In this document: piece after piece, positions 38,154 to 53,601 of the stretch
Position numbering within the stretch: the first letter of the stretch is position 1
Layout of the letters: every line of letters starts with the position of its first letter
NCBI GenBank assembly: GCA_964016885.1
Contig: OZ024747.1
Location: 57,474,001 to 57,538,000 of the forward strand
Source of the DNA: Eledone cirrhosa
Taxonomy: Eukaryota
Direction: 5' to 3'
Length of the DNA: 64,000 nt
The notes under the pieces: generated by a model
Told to the model about the DNA's origin: nothing
The model's input: only the letters and a program-made list of their open reading frames with translations
Databases searched by the model: none
Program-made: the position numbers and the translations under genes

Positions 38154-38777
38154 GAGGCTAGAACACATTTTTAGCAATATGGTGGATCAATATTATGTGA
38201 CGTTAATTCATAATTTTAAATAAAGCTGTAATTAAATGATCCAAAATTATCGCCAGAGGGAATATTGATTGACTCTAATAATTATATATATATATAGATA
38301 GTCGATAGTCGATAAATTTGTGGGTCACTAAGACAGATTTCATATCGATATAGATTTCATATATATATATATTGGATTTTCTTTGTTGAAAATTGAAGAC
38401 CAATTTTAAATGAACGCTCGATACATATTTAAATTTGCCAATTTGTTTTGTATATATGTTGGACCTCCATCGGGTCCAATGATGAGTTCTTTAGTTGAAA
38501 CGATCAACAGAACTGCCTGCTCATGAAATTAACATCCATTCCATAGACAGGTGTACTTATAATTTAGACTCAGTGCTGCTAATTGCTTCATATTTTCCAT
38601 TCTCCTAAACAGGCATTTTATTTTCTGCTATTCAAGTAGTTTATAATTTAATTTTAACGCAAGATTTGAAAATTATTCACATTGTAAAAGGGGTCTGAGT
38701 TTATAGCACATACAGATACGTCTTCGTATAAATATTATTCACAACTTATGCTGTATTAGTTAAAAGTTAGGATACAT

Positions 38778-39122
38778 TCTGTCTCGAAGTCAAAGGCTCC
38801 TCAGGGCGGTACGTATCCCGGTTTCCGTGGCGTAAATGACTGAGAATATAAGACTTGCCCCCTAGAGAGGGCACCAGTCCATCGCAGGGTTAAAGTCTGT
38901 CTCCAGCTCATCGGCTCATCAGGCCGGCACTTATCCCGGTTTCTGTGGTGCAAAGCGACTGAGAGTAAAGGCTCTCCACTGGACAGGACGTCAGTCTATT
39001 TCAGAGTTAAGCCCTCACCTATTGCTGACACACATTTTCAGCTGAGTATACTGGAACAAGGTGAAATGAAGTGTTTTGCTCAAGAACACAACACGCAACC
39101 CAGTCCAGGAATCGAATCCATG
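38778..39122 (-). mobile_element. CORE-like SINE with a duplicated 3' part
   Basis: Homologous to 32961-33200; the tatcccggtttc...gactgaga block is present twice. Confidence 0.7.
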
Positions 39123-39269
39123 ATGTATTAGTACTCTAATTATTATTTTCATATTTACTTTATTAGAAAACCCAGAACATACCTGCAGGAAACAGATGAA
39201 TTTAGATGTGTTGGTCATCCATTTGCTACTACGATGGAACAGTCAGCGATTAAAAATAAGCAAAAATGG

Positions 39270-39515
39270 CTTAAAAATTCCACAGACACGTGTACCTATA
39301 ACGTAGTTCTCAGAGAGATTCAACGACATGCATTATATGACAAGGCTGGCTAGGCATTTAAACCTCAGACACAACTCATTTTTAGCAGCTGTGTGAACAG
39401 GAGCAATGTTAAATAAAGCGTCTTGTTGAGAGAAATATGGCGCCGCCAGCAATCAAACTCACGACTGTACGATTGTGAGCCGAACATGCTATTTACTAAG
39501 CTACGTACCTTTTAC
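39270..39515 (-). mobile_element. Old CORE-like tRNA-SINE
   Basis: tRNA-like head at 39450-39510 and a body shared with 55020-55310. Confidence 0.55.
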
Positions 39516-40039
39516 ATGAGTACTAAAATTGAATGTAACATTATATAGAACATCTTACACTCTCCTGATTTGATCTATTGGATTTAGACAATAATATAGA
39601 AATAAAGAACGTTACATAGGATTGGCCCCCTTAACAGCCAAGAGAAAACTAATGTTTTTCATAGTATATAAAATCATTGTCTTCAGGCACGGAACAGCCA
39701 TTAACTGACATTGCTAACTGAGTAAAAATCGGGATCCACTGCTGCTTATGAAATGTCTTCACGACATCACATCGATTCCATTGAAGAACGATAGAATGCA
39801 GAATCAGCAAAGTATCGACAAAATGCCTTGCAGTATTTAATACATTTTTTTTTGTATTTTATTTGAAGTTATTTTATTAAAAGTTTCTCAGTGAAAATTC
39901 TTTTCAAAGAAACTTCTCAGCTTTTGGCAAAAATCAAAGTCATGATGTGAAACTTAAAATTTCAAAAACCTCCACAAACAAAACAGGCTTATATACTGAT
40001 AGGTATAATTGTGTCTAACCGTATACTTCTGTATATAAA

Positions 40040-40090
<51 letters not shown>

Positions 40091-40099
40091 CTCTCCCTC

Positions 40100-40194
<95 letters not shown>

Positions 40195-40195
40195 G

Positions 40196-40228
<33 letters not shown>

Positions 40229-40256
40229 TTATGTATATATATATATATATATATAT

Positions 40257-40860
40257 ATACAGATAAATCTACCACTCAATGGTAGGGTCTAAACCGTAAA
40301 AAAGAACTCAATGTAATCCGTATGTAGAAGATGTCGTGAAGCAAAGTTTAAAATACAAACATTTTATCAACGATATAATTCAATTGGATACAGAATCAAA
40401 ATAGAAATATTAAAAGAATGATATTAAACACAAAACTGTTAATTCATAGTAAAACTCATTATTTTACGATTGTTTCTGGGGGGTAGTTCCCTGTATGTTC
40501 ATTCAATTGTTGATCTATGTAAAACATTCTGAAGACGGCGGGTAGTGAAGAGGTATGTATCTTTTTCTTACTATGATATTTTGTAATATGTTTTACATAG
40601 ATCAATAATTGAATGAACATACAGGGAACTACCCCCCAGAAACGATCGTAAAATAATGAGTTTTACTATGAATTAACAGTTTTGTGTTTAATTTCATTGT
40701 TTTAATATTTCTATTTTGACTCTGTATCCAATTGAATTATATCGTTGATAACATTTTTGTATTTTAAACTTTGCTTCACGACATCTTCTACATACGGATT
40801 ACATTGAGTTCTTTTTTACGGTTTAGACCCTACCATTGAGTGGTAGATTCATCTGTATAT
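40257..40860 (+). mobile_element. Inverted pLTR pair (~270-bp arms) of a Naiad-type PLE with HHR
   Basis: 40257-40527 is the inverse of 40588-40858; CTGAAGA at 40529, stem II ggcgggtagt/actacccccc, GAAA-cgatcg-TA at 40639-40650; in (TA)n. Confidence 0.85.
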
Positions 40861-40886
40861 ATATATATATATACATAAATACATAC

Positions 40887-40987
<101 letters not shown>

Positions 40988-41091
40988 CATATATATATAT
41001 TATATTAAAAATATCAGACACCTTCTCTCTCTCTTCTATATATATATATAGATTCATCTGTATATATATATATATATACATAAATACATAC

Positions 41092-41148
<57 letters not shown>

Positions 41149-41149
41149 C

Positions 41150-41235
<86 letters not shown>

Positions 41236-42640
41236 GAGAGAGAGAGAAGGTGTCTGATATTTTTAATATAAACAAAACATTAGTTATTCCACTTAGAGAT
41301 AAAGAGAAAAATCATAGAATCTACTGATGCAAATCGAGTCACGTAGTTATTACCTACCGGCTGGGTTCAACGAGCTTCCAATTAGAAATGTATACAGTGA
41401 TGATCTATCCATCTATATAGAGAAAGAATTTCTAGTAAATTCCTCCGAGATTGCTTTAGTCCACCGCTATGCTTTAACAGTATTTGGTCTGTACAATGCT
41501 ACTGGTGTACACCAGCTGATAACTATCAATGACAGAGACTCGAATATATCAAACGTCCGCTGCTAAAGTATGTTATGTTATTATGAAGGATAAAAACATT
41601 GTTAGGTCTGGTACAGAACAAAATGGTGGGATTTGAACAAACAACGAACAAATGAATATCTCATCAGAACATGAAAGGCAGTGAAATGTTGTTACCGAAG
41701 TAATTTGCTATGTTGAAAAAGCAAGGAAACTTGTCACTAAAGCAATTGTGCTAGAAAACCAATATACATGGGTAGCATGTGAGGCAATCTGAGTTAATAT
41801 CATGAAAAATGTACAAAATGTAACCAGAGAACTTAAAATTACATTAGAAGATTTGTATGAGGTCCTTCGACCTTCAGTGAATATTAGACAAGAGGACTGG
41901 AGCAACAATGTAGATTTCTGTTAATGCTGAGACTATGCAACGTATGGTCATCAGTCAGTATTCAAGTCATACCTTGCAGTCTTTGGCAGATAACTACGTC
42001 TCGTCTATCACTCTCGATGTATTAAACCACAACGCTGTATCATCAATGAAACAAGAGTCACTGCCTAATTCCACATTTTGCTTTTCGTAAAGATAGCAAG
42101 AACTTAGTTTTTTTTAAGGATACTAAGGACTGAAAGAAGCAGGTGGATTTGAGAAAATAATACGTGCTTCCGAGCCATGTTGCAGTAAGGAAGCAATACC
42201 TTGACATTAAATTCTAGTTGAACATGACAAACATGTTCTGATTGCCTGAGAGTCAACACAGGAACAAAATTGAGGAATCATGTGAACTACGTGAAAGTCA
42301 ATGTACAAGGGAAACAATGTAAACGAGAGAATCATTGGATTTGTATCTAGATAAACACTCAACTCTATGGCATCGAACATGGGAGAGAAGCAGAGTAGAA
42401 CTTCAAATTTGGAGTGAGAGGCAGAAAATGACGGATCATGGATATGAAGAGTTATGTGAAAGAAAGGGCAAAGTTAATACCAAAAGACGGATTCTCAGCA
42501 AAAAAAAACAAAACAGTATAGGTGAAAGCTCATTGGAATGGTGGAATCAATAAATAAAATGATTGGGTTGGGCTGGGATAGTATTTCTCTCACTGTCTCA
42601 TGAACATACATACATGTATGTATGTATGTATGTATGTATG

Positions 42641-42966
42641 TTTTCTCTTTCTCTTAATTTCGAGTATATTTTTTTTGACCGGCCACCTTCCTGGTGGCAA
42701 GGTTGTAAAAGAAAAGAAATTGTCATCCCTTGAATCGCAAGAATGTTTTGCATATTTTGAAGGTGCCAGCTATCGCAGCCATTTGTAGACTATGAATTAG
42801 GGAGCTGCGCTTTTTGTCCGCAAATCCAAGTTCGGTCATACTTTGGTCCAAGCGGGTTGGTATATAACCCGTAGCACCAATAATGATGGGTATGAAGCTA
42901 AAGGTGTATCTTGGATACTGGATTTGTAAGCTCCTCATCAATGGTCCGTAGATGTCCTCCTTCTCT
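42641..42966 (-). mobile_element. R4/Dong-like (RLE-type) non-LTR retrotransposon 3' fragment within (TATG)n
   Basis: EKEDIYGPLMRSLQ...FIPIIIGATGYIP...LGF...LQMAAIAGTFKICKTFL; 3' end abuts (CATA)n. Confidence 0.75.
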
Positions 42967-43429
42967 ATGTATGTATGTATGTATGTATGTATGTATGTAT
43001 GTATGTATGTATGTATGTATGTATGTATGTGTGTATGTATGTATGTTCTGGTTTTATAATTTCACAAATGTTTGGAATTTACACAACATCAACTAGGTAG
43101 ATATGCCTGTATGTCTGCATGCATGCATGTGTAGATATGGATGTTATTGTATGTGTGGATGAGTATGTTTTGAGTTGTATGTGTGCATGTGTAAATGCTT
43201 AGTATCTGTACATGTGTATATGCAGTTATTAGATGCAAAATGTATGTATGTCTCTTGCAGGCGTAAAAAGCCATATCTGTTTGCAGCACCCACGGGGCTC
43301 AAACTGATGTCGTTTGATAGCCATACCCTAACACAGTTTGGCTGAACATCATGTATGTATGTATGTATGTATGTATGTATGTATGTATGTATGTATGTAT
43401 GTATGTATGTATGTATGTATGTATGTATA

Positions 43430-44083
43430 CCTGATGGTATCCAATGATGTTGACTTGTTCTTCTTTTTGGTAAATATCATCTTGGTTAAGAGAGTGGGAC
43501 TGGCTTTGTGCAGTGCCTTTGCTCACTATAAAAGCTTCACGGCACAGACATTGCTTTATATCTGGAGATCTTTCTGCACTTGTCGTCACATGGTACCATG
43601 GGCCCAGCACTATGTGTCAATAATTGTCACAAGTGTAGTGTTTGTACCAGAGTTTTCAAGTCGCAGGCTGGACTAAAAAGTCACACTTTTTCAGCGCATC
43701 GGTCGGGTTTCTCCTACATGGATATAAAGTAGTGGCCGTACTCGAAAACGAGTTGGCAGCCACCACCATGTATGTATGTATGTATGTATGTATGTATGTA
43801 TGTATGCATGTATGTATGTATGTATGTATGTATGTATGTATGTATGTATGTATGTATGTATGTATCCCAGTACAACCTGTCTCATGGTCGGAACGTTGGC
43901 GACTAAACTGGCAACCCCACCAAGGTTTCTTGGTGAGGAGGTTGACTTTGGACATCCTGCAGGACTAAATACAAAACCTGTCAATGGCCATCCAAAATCA
44001 CCGGGAGAGATGACCCCTTAGCCTTTGTCAAGGCAGAATTCTAGAAGAAGGAAAACTCTGATATAACACCTGCAACTCTGGAT
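43430..44083 (+). mobile_element. Permuted two-part copy of the 10548-10936 element, split by (TATG)n
   Basis: Order here is B-(TATG)n-C, versus C-B at 10.5 kb. Confidence 0.7.
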
Positions 44084-44167
44084 GTATGTATGTATGTATG
44101 TATGTATGTATGTATGTATGTATGTATGTATGTATGTATGTATGTATGTATGTATGTATGTATGTAT

Positions 44168-44335
44168 GTTTTCTCTTTCTCTTAATTTCGAGTATATTTT
44201 TTTGACCGGCCACCTTCCTGGTGGCAAGGTTGTAAAAGAAAAGAAATTGTCATCCCTTGAATCGCAAGAATGTTTTGCAAAGTTTGAAGGTGCCAGCTAT
44301 CGCAGCCATTTGCAGACTATGAATTAGGGAGCTGT
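44168..44335 (-). mobile_element. Second, shorter R4/Dong-like 3' fragment within (TATG)n
   Basis: Nearly identical to 42641-42808, with the same 3' junction. Confidence 0.8.
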
Positions 44336-44492
44336 ATGTATGCATATATGTATCGACTGCTGGTCTTCCACAAACAAACGTTGCCCAGGCTTGTGCCTCG
44401 GAAGGAAACTTTCTATGTGAAAAATCATAGTTATTAGTGACGGGCGGGGTCGTTAATAATGTATGTATACATGTGAAATTACAAACACTAGT

Positions 44493-44570
<78 letters not shown>

Positions 44571-44905
44571 TGTGCAGAAAACAATAACGTTCGAGCAATT
44601 TATAGTATTCCTTCCCAATTCTATAATCGATGTTTCAACATCATTTGAGTTAAGGAAGCTTGCCATGTGAACTCTGGTAGATTCCGACATATGGAATTGT
44701 CAAAACAGTTCCTTACGTATCAAATGAATCTTTGTTTTGCTGTCATATTTCAGTCATGTATATTTATTATCAACAACGCAACCATTTCTATTATCTTTTC
44801 AACTTTACCATTCAACAGACTTGCTCTTTATTCGAGCTGAGTCAAGATTTCACATTGGATAACATATTGGTTCTAACATATATTTATATATTAGTTCTCT
44901 CCCTC

Positions 44906-45023
<118 letters not shown>

Positions 45024-45469
45024 GATTTACACGCATGCACAAAAATAGATATGTGACCTTTAATTTGTCACATGACTCAAGGGCCGTCCGTGATTGGTAT
45101 CATATTTTGTAAGATAAGTGCCTCGATACGGATTTCTAAACTGTGTCAAACCAATGGACCTCTTACATGATAATCACTGCTCATCATATTGTGTTTATGT
45201 TAAAAGAAGCAGGAGATATCCGTAAACTTTACTGGCCTTAAGAAACTGGCCTGATTGATTTAGTGATAACCGCAATTATAGGCATCGATCTAAATACTAA
45301 TACAAGAAGGACCGGAGCTGGAGCTACATCGATTAGCCGAAGTGAGAGAAGCCCTGTAAAATGTAAGAATACTTACGCTTCTCTCATTAAACAAGACAGT
45401 GAGTATAAACGATAACGACACTCATTTTTAATGATCTATCCCTACACACAGCCCTTTCCATACCACTAA

Positions 45470-45690
45470 ATAATTGTTTCTACTTTAGGCACAAGGCCAG
45501 CAATTTGAAGTAGATGGGGAAAGCCGATTAAATTGACTCCAGTGCATTACTGGTGCTTTATTTCTCGATCCCGTAAAGTTGAAAGGCAAAGCTAACCTCG
45601 GCGGGATTGAACTCAGAATGTAAAGGTCCGTAACTCTATTCCGCAAAGCATGATGGTGTCCGATGCTCTACCCTTACTGTCAATCCACCA
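45470..45690 (-). mobile_element. OK-like SINE (longer subfamily) with TSD accactaaataat
   Basis: Consensus match; accactaaataat at ~45463 and ~45698. Confidence 0.8.
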
Positions 45691-46297
45691 CCCTTAGACC
45701 ACTAAATAATAAGATTGTGACCAATACTTTGACCATCAGTAGGACATGTGAGACCATGAATCAGTGCTAGGAAGTTTCTATATAAGGCGCAGGCGAGGCA
45801 ATGGTTTATTATGTACAAGACCAATAATTATAGATACCTGAATGTTTCCTCTCTCCACGCCTCCGGTGTTATCCAAGAGATACGCAAACACTGATGCAGC
45901 TTGAAAGCAGTGTCCTCGCAACTGAACGCAAAACACAAAATGTCGGAAGAAATAGGTCACAACGTCACGTCCGACACACTCTTAACATTTGTAATTAGTC
46001 TGATACATTATCGACCCCAAAAAGAAGTTGAAAGTCAAAGACGTACTCTGGGCTAAAACAAATATCAAGTGGCATTGTTTTAACAATTTCACAAATCTAC
46101 CACCCCCATTCTATATTGAGGGACGGAAAGAAAATTGGAAGGGCTAGATGAACTCAATAGGATTTCATCTCAGTGTGCAAGGAATCAGAAGAAATACTAC
46201 GAAGCAGTAAATCCGAGGTTCTCATGATTTCAATTAATCACCTATTCAGATACATGTATGGATCTATCGTGTCATACAGCGTATCGTTGGCACATTA

Positions 46298-46618
46298 AAC
46301 CCGGTGGAGCTCATGCCCTCTCCAGATTTGAAAACAGTTAATTTCTTCTAGAGAAGGAGAGTAAGAGAGCTTGGTACTTTAAATCTGGTGAAGCTCAAGT
46401 CCTCTCCAAATCTGAACATAGTTAATTTCTTCTAGAGAAGGAGAGAAAGAGAGCTCGGTACTTTAAATCCGGTGAATCTCAAGTCCTCTCCAGGTCTGAA
46501 CACAGTTAATTTCATCTAGAGAGGGGGAGAAAGAGAGCTTGGCACAGTAAACCCGTCGAAGCTCACGTCCCCTCCAGATTTGAACGCAGTTAATTTCATC
46601 TAGAGATCAAGAAAGAGA
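46298..46618. repeat. ~84-bp tandem repeat, about 4 diverged copies
   Basis: agttaatttc.tctagaga occurs four times. Confidence 0.85.
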
Positions 46619-47125
46619 TATAGAGGAAGAATCAACCCAGGACTTGGCTGGTACGTCTTTTATAAAAAGACGTATCGGAAAGATGAAAAGTAAACTTGAT
46701 CTCAGCGGGATTTGAACTCAGATTTTATCCAAGAGGTGCACAAAAACCAATGCAACTTTAAACAAATGTACTCACAACTGAACTTAGAACGAAGAGAGTC
46801 GGGAAAATGCCGTAAAGCATTTCTATTCGAGGTTCTAACCACTTTGCCACTTCACCGCCTATCACCTATCCATAACATCCTATTTAAGTAAATATTTTTG
46901 TGTGCGTATATGTGGAAACGCCCACTTTGGGAAAACACTATGATTGATTCTGTATATACGACTGTCTTCTATGTACCACACCCTATTGAATCTACATAAT
47001 TCCAGTGACCTTAACTATACTTAAAAGTATAGTTTATACATGTTATATATTATCAGTTAATATAAATCAAATTACGATTCTCGAACTAGTCCATCTTTTA
47101 CATTATGTACGTATACATACATACA

Positions 47126-47220
<95 letters not shown>

Positions 47221-47986
47221 GTATTGATTCGTTTGTGTTTTTAGAAATAGTAAAATAGTGTGTATATATATATATATACTGTATATAGTAGATATATAAA
47301 TATTCTTTTCATTCCGAGTTTGTAGACCTGCTAAATCAATTTGTAAAATTCTTTTCAATAAAACCGAGTTAGCAACCAATAATGCAGAAGGTCATTTATT
47401 TGAATAGATGGGAACTTGGCAACTGAGTAAGATAGAATAAGGAAGATATTTAAAGAGAAGAGAGCTAAAGTGTATAAAGTTCTTGTAAATATTTTACAAC
47501 GTAAATTAAGAGACACTCACTCGGCATCAAAGTAAACAGCAGAATTAACCGAAATATGTAGGGGGTAAGAACCAGAATATAAGCAACAATAAGAATAAAT
47601 GTAAGTGTGGGGGAAGAATGAGGAAGGGAAGAGGAAATAATATAAACATGGTTGACATTAAAGTGTTCACATTTCAACATTACTTATCTCATCAAATATT
47701 CTAATATTCGTACTACTTATGAACCCCCCCAAAAAAACACAAGAAAAAGACTGGGAACAGAGATGAAGACTGGAAAAGAAGAAAAAAATAGAACAATAGA
47801 AACAATGACGAAAAACCAAACAAAACAAAACAGAATAAAACAAACAATGAAAAAATAATCATTGAAAAAAAAAGTAGAAGGTAAAGAAACAAATCAAAAT
47901 AAAAAAAATAAAAAAAATCGAGTAAAAGATTCTGAAAACGAAAAGGAAAGAAGAAAAATGGAAGACGGGAGAAAAAATAAACAGGA

Positions 47987-48028
<42 letters not shown>

Positions 48029-48493
48029 TCAACAATTAGAAGAAGAAGAAGAAGATATGACGAGCTTAGAGATAACCATTAAGTTTTTAAAATAAGGAAA
48101 TAAGCTTTTCAATAAAAATGAATCCATTTTCCCTAGAAAAATGGCTAAAATGAATTTGTAAAACGTCATTTTCCTTTCTGGTATTAATGTAGCATAGTGT
48201 ATTGATTATATACACTAACATATAACACGTACATGATATATTTTATGTGTGTGACTCTACACATACTATATACACTAACATATAACACGTACATGATATA
48301 TTTTAAGTGTGTGACTCTACACATACTATCACATATAAACATATATAAGTATATATTTACATGTAACACACATATTTAGAATTATATATACACACCACAT
48401 ATACACGCATCTACACAGGAATAAACAGGCAAACACATATAACATAGTCACAAACACATGTATATATATATATACACAGACCTACACACACAC

Positions 48494-48590
<97 letters not shown>

Positions 48591-48718
48591 AGCACTCACA
48601 CATATATCGTATCACCCATACTTTAACAATGTAACTGTTCCTCACTCTCACCGCTATTCACCTCACTGCATTCACAAACAAACGCACACACACACATATT
48701 TATGCATGTACGTGCACA

Positions 48719-50010
48719 GACAAACGAACACAGACACATACACACGCATAAAACCATGCATTCGCACACAAACGATCACAGACACATACACATGCATAAA
48801 ATCATGCATTCGCACACAAACGATCACAGACACATACACACGCATAAAACCATGCATTCGCACACAAACGAACACAGACACATACACATGCATAAAATCA
48901 TGCATTCGCACACAAACGATCACAGACACATACACATGCATAAAACCATGCATTCGAACACAAACGAACACAGACACATACACACGCATAAAACCATGCA
49001 TTCACACACAAACGATCACAGACACATACACACGCATAAAACCATGCATTCGCACACAAACGAACGCAGACACATACACACGCATAAAACCATGCATTCG
49101 CACACAAACGAACACAGACACATACACACGCATAAAACCATGCATTCGCACACAAACGATCACAGACACATACACACACATAAAACCATGCATTCGCACA
49201 CAAACGATCACAGACACATACACACACATAAAACCATGCATTCGCACACAAACGATCACAGACACATACACATGCATAAAATCATGCATTCGCACACAAA
49301 CGAACACAGACACATACACACGCATAAAACCATGCATTCGCACACAAACGAACACAGACACATACACACGCATAAAACCATGCATTCGCACACAAACGAA
49401 CACAGACACATACACACGCATAAAACCATGCATTCACACACAAACGATCACAGACACATACACACGCATAAAAGCATGCATTCGCACACAAACGATCACA
49501 GACACATACACACGCATAAAACCATGCATTCGCACACAAACGATCACAGACACATACACACACATAAAACCATGCATTCGCACACAAACGATCACAGACA
49601 CATACACACGCATAAAACCATGCATTCGCACACAAACGATCACAGACACATACACACGCATAAAACCATGCATTCGCACACAAACGATCACAGACACATA
49701 CACACACATAAAACCATGCATTCGCACACAAACGATCACAGACACATACACACACATAAAACCATGCATTCGCACACAAACGATCACAGACACATACACA
49801 TGCATAAAATCATGCATTCGCACACAAACGATCACAGACACATACACACGCATAAAACCATGCATTCGAACACAAACGAACACAGACACATACACATGCA
49901 TAAAATCATGCATTCGCACACAAACGATCACAGACACATACACACGCATAAAACCATGCATTCGCACACAAACGAACGCAGACACATATACACGCATAAA
50001 ACCATGCATA
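48719..50010. repeat. 48-bp minisatellite, about 27 copies
   Basis: Unit cacaaacgaacacagacacatacacacgcataaaaccatgcattcgca. Confidence 0.95.
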
Positions 50011-50238
50011 CACACACAAACACCCATTCACACGCACACACAAGATATATTATCATGTGTTGATAGGAAATTTAATGGAAACATTAAGATGTTTATGTTT
50101 TTCGTTTCTTTCCATATTTTTGTTATATCATTTCATTCTTTTATATTTTATAGATATTTTGGTAATACTATTTAAGCTTTCAAAAATGTCCTTATCTGAA
50201 AATGTAATGTGAGATTAAAGAAATATATATATACATAC

Positions 50239-50321
<83 letters not shown>

Positions 50322-50357
50322 TGTATGTTAGTATGTATGTATGTATATATTATATAT

Positions 50358-50498
<141 letters not shown>

Positions 50499-50505
50499 TA
50501 TATAC

Positions 50506-50589
<84 letters not shown>

Positions 50590-51497
50590 TATAACATTAA
50601 TAACAAATATTATTATTATTACTATTAATAATAATATAATAATATTAATAATACATATGATAATAGTAAAATGATAACGCGCAAAGGAACAATGAATATA
50701 TAGATAAAATGATAAACATAATTTTGAGTTGTGAAAGCTTTCAATAGAAAAATAAAAGAGGTTGAAAAAAGGGGAGACAAAAAGAAGGAAAAATAATAAA
50801 TGTTCGCCATTAAAGCAACGTAAAAGTCGCCACCATGTTACGTTAGTGTTAGCTGTTGTTAGTGTTGTTACTTGTGAAGGGTCTTAGTAAAGATGAATAA
50901 CTAAATATCTCAATATAGTTCAAATCAACACAGACAGACACACACACACACACACTCACAGATACACACACATATACACACAAACACGCACACTCACACA
51001 CACTCACATATACACACATACACACGCGCATACACACTCACTCACACACACTCACATATACACACACATATACACCCATACACACACGCATACACACACA
51101 CACACACTCACAGATACACACACATACATACACAGACACACACGCATACACACTCACACACACTCACAGATACACACACATATACACACAGGCACACACG
51201 CATACACACTCACTCACACACACTCACATATACACACACATATACACACAGACACACACGCATACACACTCACACACACACACTCACAGATACACACACA
51301 TACATACACAGACACACACGCATACAAACACACTCACACACACTCACAGATACACACACATATACACACAGACACACACGCATACACACTCACACACAGA
51401 CTCACATATACACACACATATACACACAGACACACGCATTTACACATGCACACATACACATACTCACACACTTACACATATACATGTAAGTATATAG

Positions 51498-51589
<92 letters not shown>

Positions 51590-51619
51590 ATATATATACG
51601 CATCTATAAAAACTTACAT

Positions 51620-51688
<69 letters not shown>

Positions 51689-51967
51689 TGTGTGTGCTAA
51701 AGAATATGTGTGTTTATAAGTAAACATGTATAACCTATCAATGTGTATAAACGAATACCTGTACATTTAATTACATGTATATTTACGCATATCATATAAA
51801 TGAATACACTTACACACATACACACACGCACTCACACACATACACTCACACACACACGCACACTCATATATATATATATATATACTCATATATATGCATA
51901 TATACATATAGCCATATATATGCATATATACATGCACGTACATGTATACACATATATAGACATGCAT

Positions 51968-52006
<39 letters not shown>

Positions 52007-53601
52007 ATGTGTGTATGTATGTGGAGGGGGGGGGGGGGCACACGTGTTTGTTCATAAGTACTTATATATGTGTGTGCGATTGCAAATGAAGCAGATGGAA
52101 TTTCACAGACGTATATAGAATATGTCTTAAGAAACAAACAGATTAAAAACAAAACAATAACACATCTCTACATCAACAAAAAGACACATTTACACACACA
52201 CACATACCCACATATACACACATTTACACACACGCATATGTATACATACACATACACGCGCACACACATATATAGATACAGAGAAATATGTAGCAAGAAC
52301 CATTATCGCAATTTGCCAAATATTTTATTTGAAATAATATAAATATAACGCACAGGTTCTAAAACATTAAAGAGAACGAAAGGCTCTCCATAAATGGAAA
52401 ATACCCCAAAATATCCCTAAATCTCACTAATGCATGGAGCTAAAAGCTGTAACGTGAAATATTAGCAAGCAGGTTGTTAACTCCGCAGGTTGGTTACCAT
52501 ATATAGTATACCTGAAAACATCTTTTTTTCTGTATTTATGTTATCCATGTTATCAGATTCTTTTGCAGCTAGGCAATGATGGAAATGCTTGTATTTAATT
52601 ATACCTCCACTACCCAGAAATTGTGTTTAATGATGCCCCAACTACCCAGAGAATCTTTTATTTTAAGTTAACGTTGTTCTAATGAATTGGTGGTAGCAGA
52701 AATGTTACAAAGCGAAAGGAAAATTCTAAATGTATCAATAATTTTCAAACTTTATATGCTGAAATAGGTTGTGCAAATAAATGGTGGCGTCACTAGAAAG
52801 TCAGATTGAGTGCTTCACGGTATTTATTCCTGCTCTCTGCAATCTGAGTTTAGGTCCTGCCGGGGTCAAATATTCCTTTCATCATTTCGAGATGGTTAAG
52901 TCCTGAAGTCGATTCTCTTTTATATCTCTTTATCACTACCTCCACCATCTTACTGGGTCTCCCGCACATATTCTAGTGTAACCACAGTTCTTAAAACCCA
53001 TTTCCAACACTGCAAACGATTCAGGGTTGCTGCAATAAAAGGCAACACATGATATCTTGTTATGCTCATACAGAAGGCCTGTTTCAATTGCTTGTGACGC
53101 TTGCAAGGGCCAAGCGATGATGGTAAACGTTTTGCTACTACAATTCTAATAAAATACTTAGTCCATGTGTATCAATTTACTTAGAAAGAATGAAGACATT
53201 TCGTAAAATAGCTTAACCTTTTCATTATTAACTTTGCCTTTCATCCTTACGGGGTCGATAAAATAAAGTACCAGTCACGCACTAAGGTCCATTTAATCAA
53301 CTTCTCGCTCCCCCCAAATTGCTGGCCTTGTGCCTATATAAGAAACCATTATTAAGCTAATGTATAAAATAAAGTATCAGTCACACACTCTGGTTGATTT
53401 AATCGACTTTCCCCTCCCCGCAAATTATTGACCTTCTGCCTAAATCAAAAACCATTATTCAGCTAATGTAGTGTGATGGATTGGCAGTATCGGTAGAGTG
53501 TCGGTTTAAATATCATTGCGATATTTGTTCTGCTTCTCTACATTTGGAGTTCAAATCTCACCGACGTAAAATTTGCCTTTCATCATTCCGAGTCCGATAA
53601 A

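Noticed and set aside
41327-42553. Possible coding or decayed LINE region
   Set aside because: No motif I can reliably recognise; short ORFs only.
45779-45980. TATA box and possible first exon
   Set aside because: Motifs are too short to support without transcript data.
48702-50175. 453- and 489-aa His/Thr repeat ORFs; CRISPR-like periodicity
   Set aside because: A 48-bp minisatellite open in several frames; no unique spacers and no cas genes.
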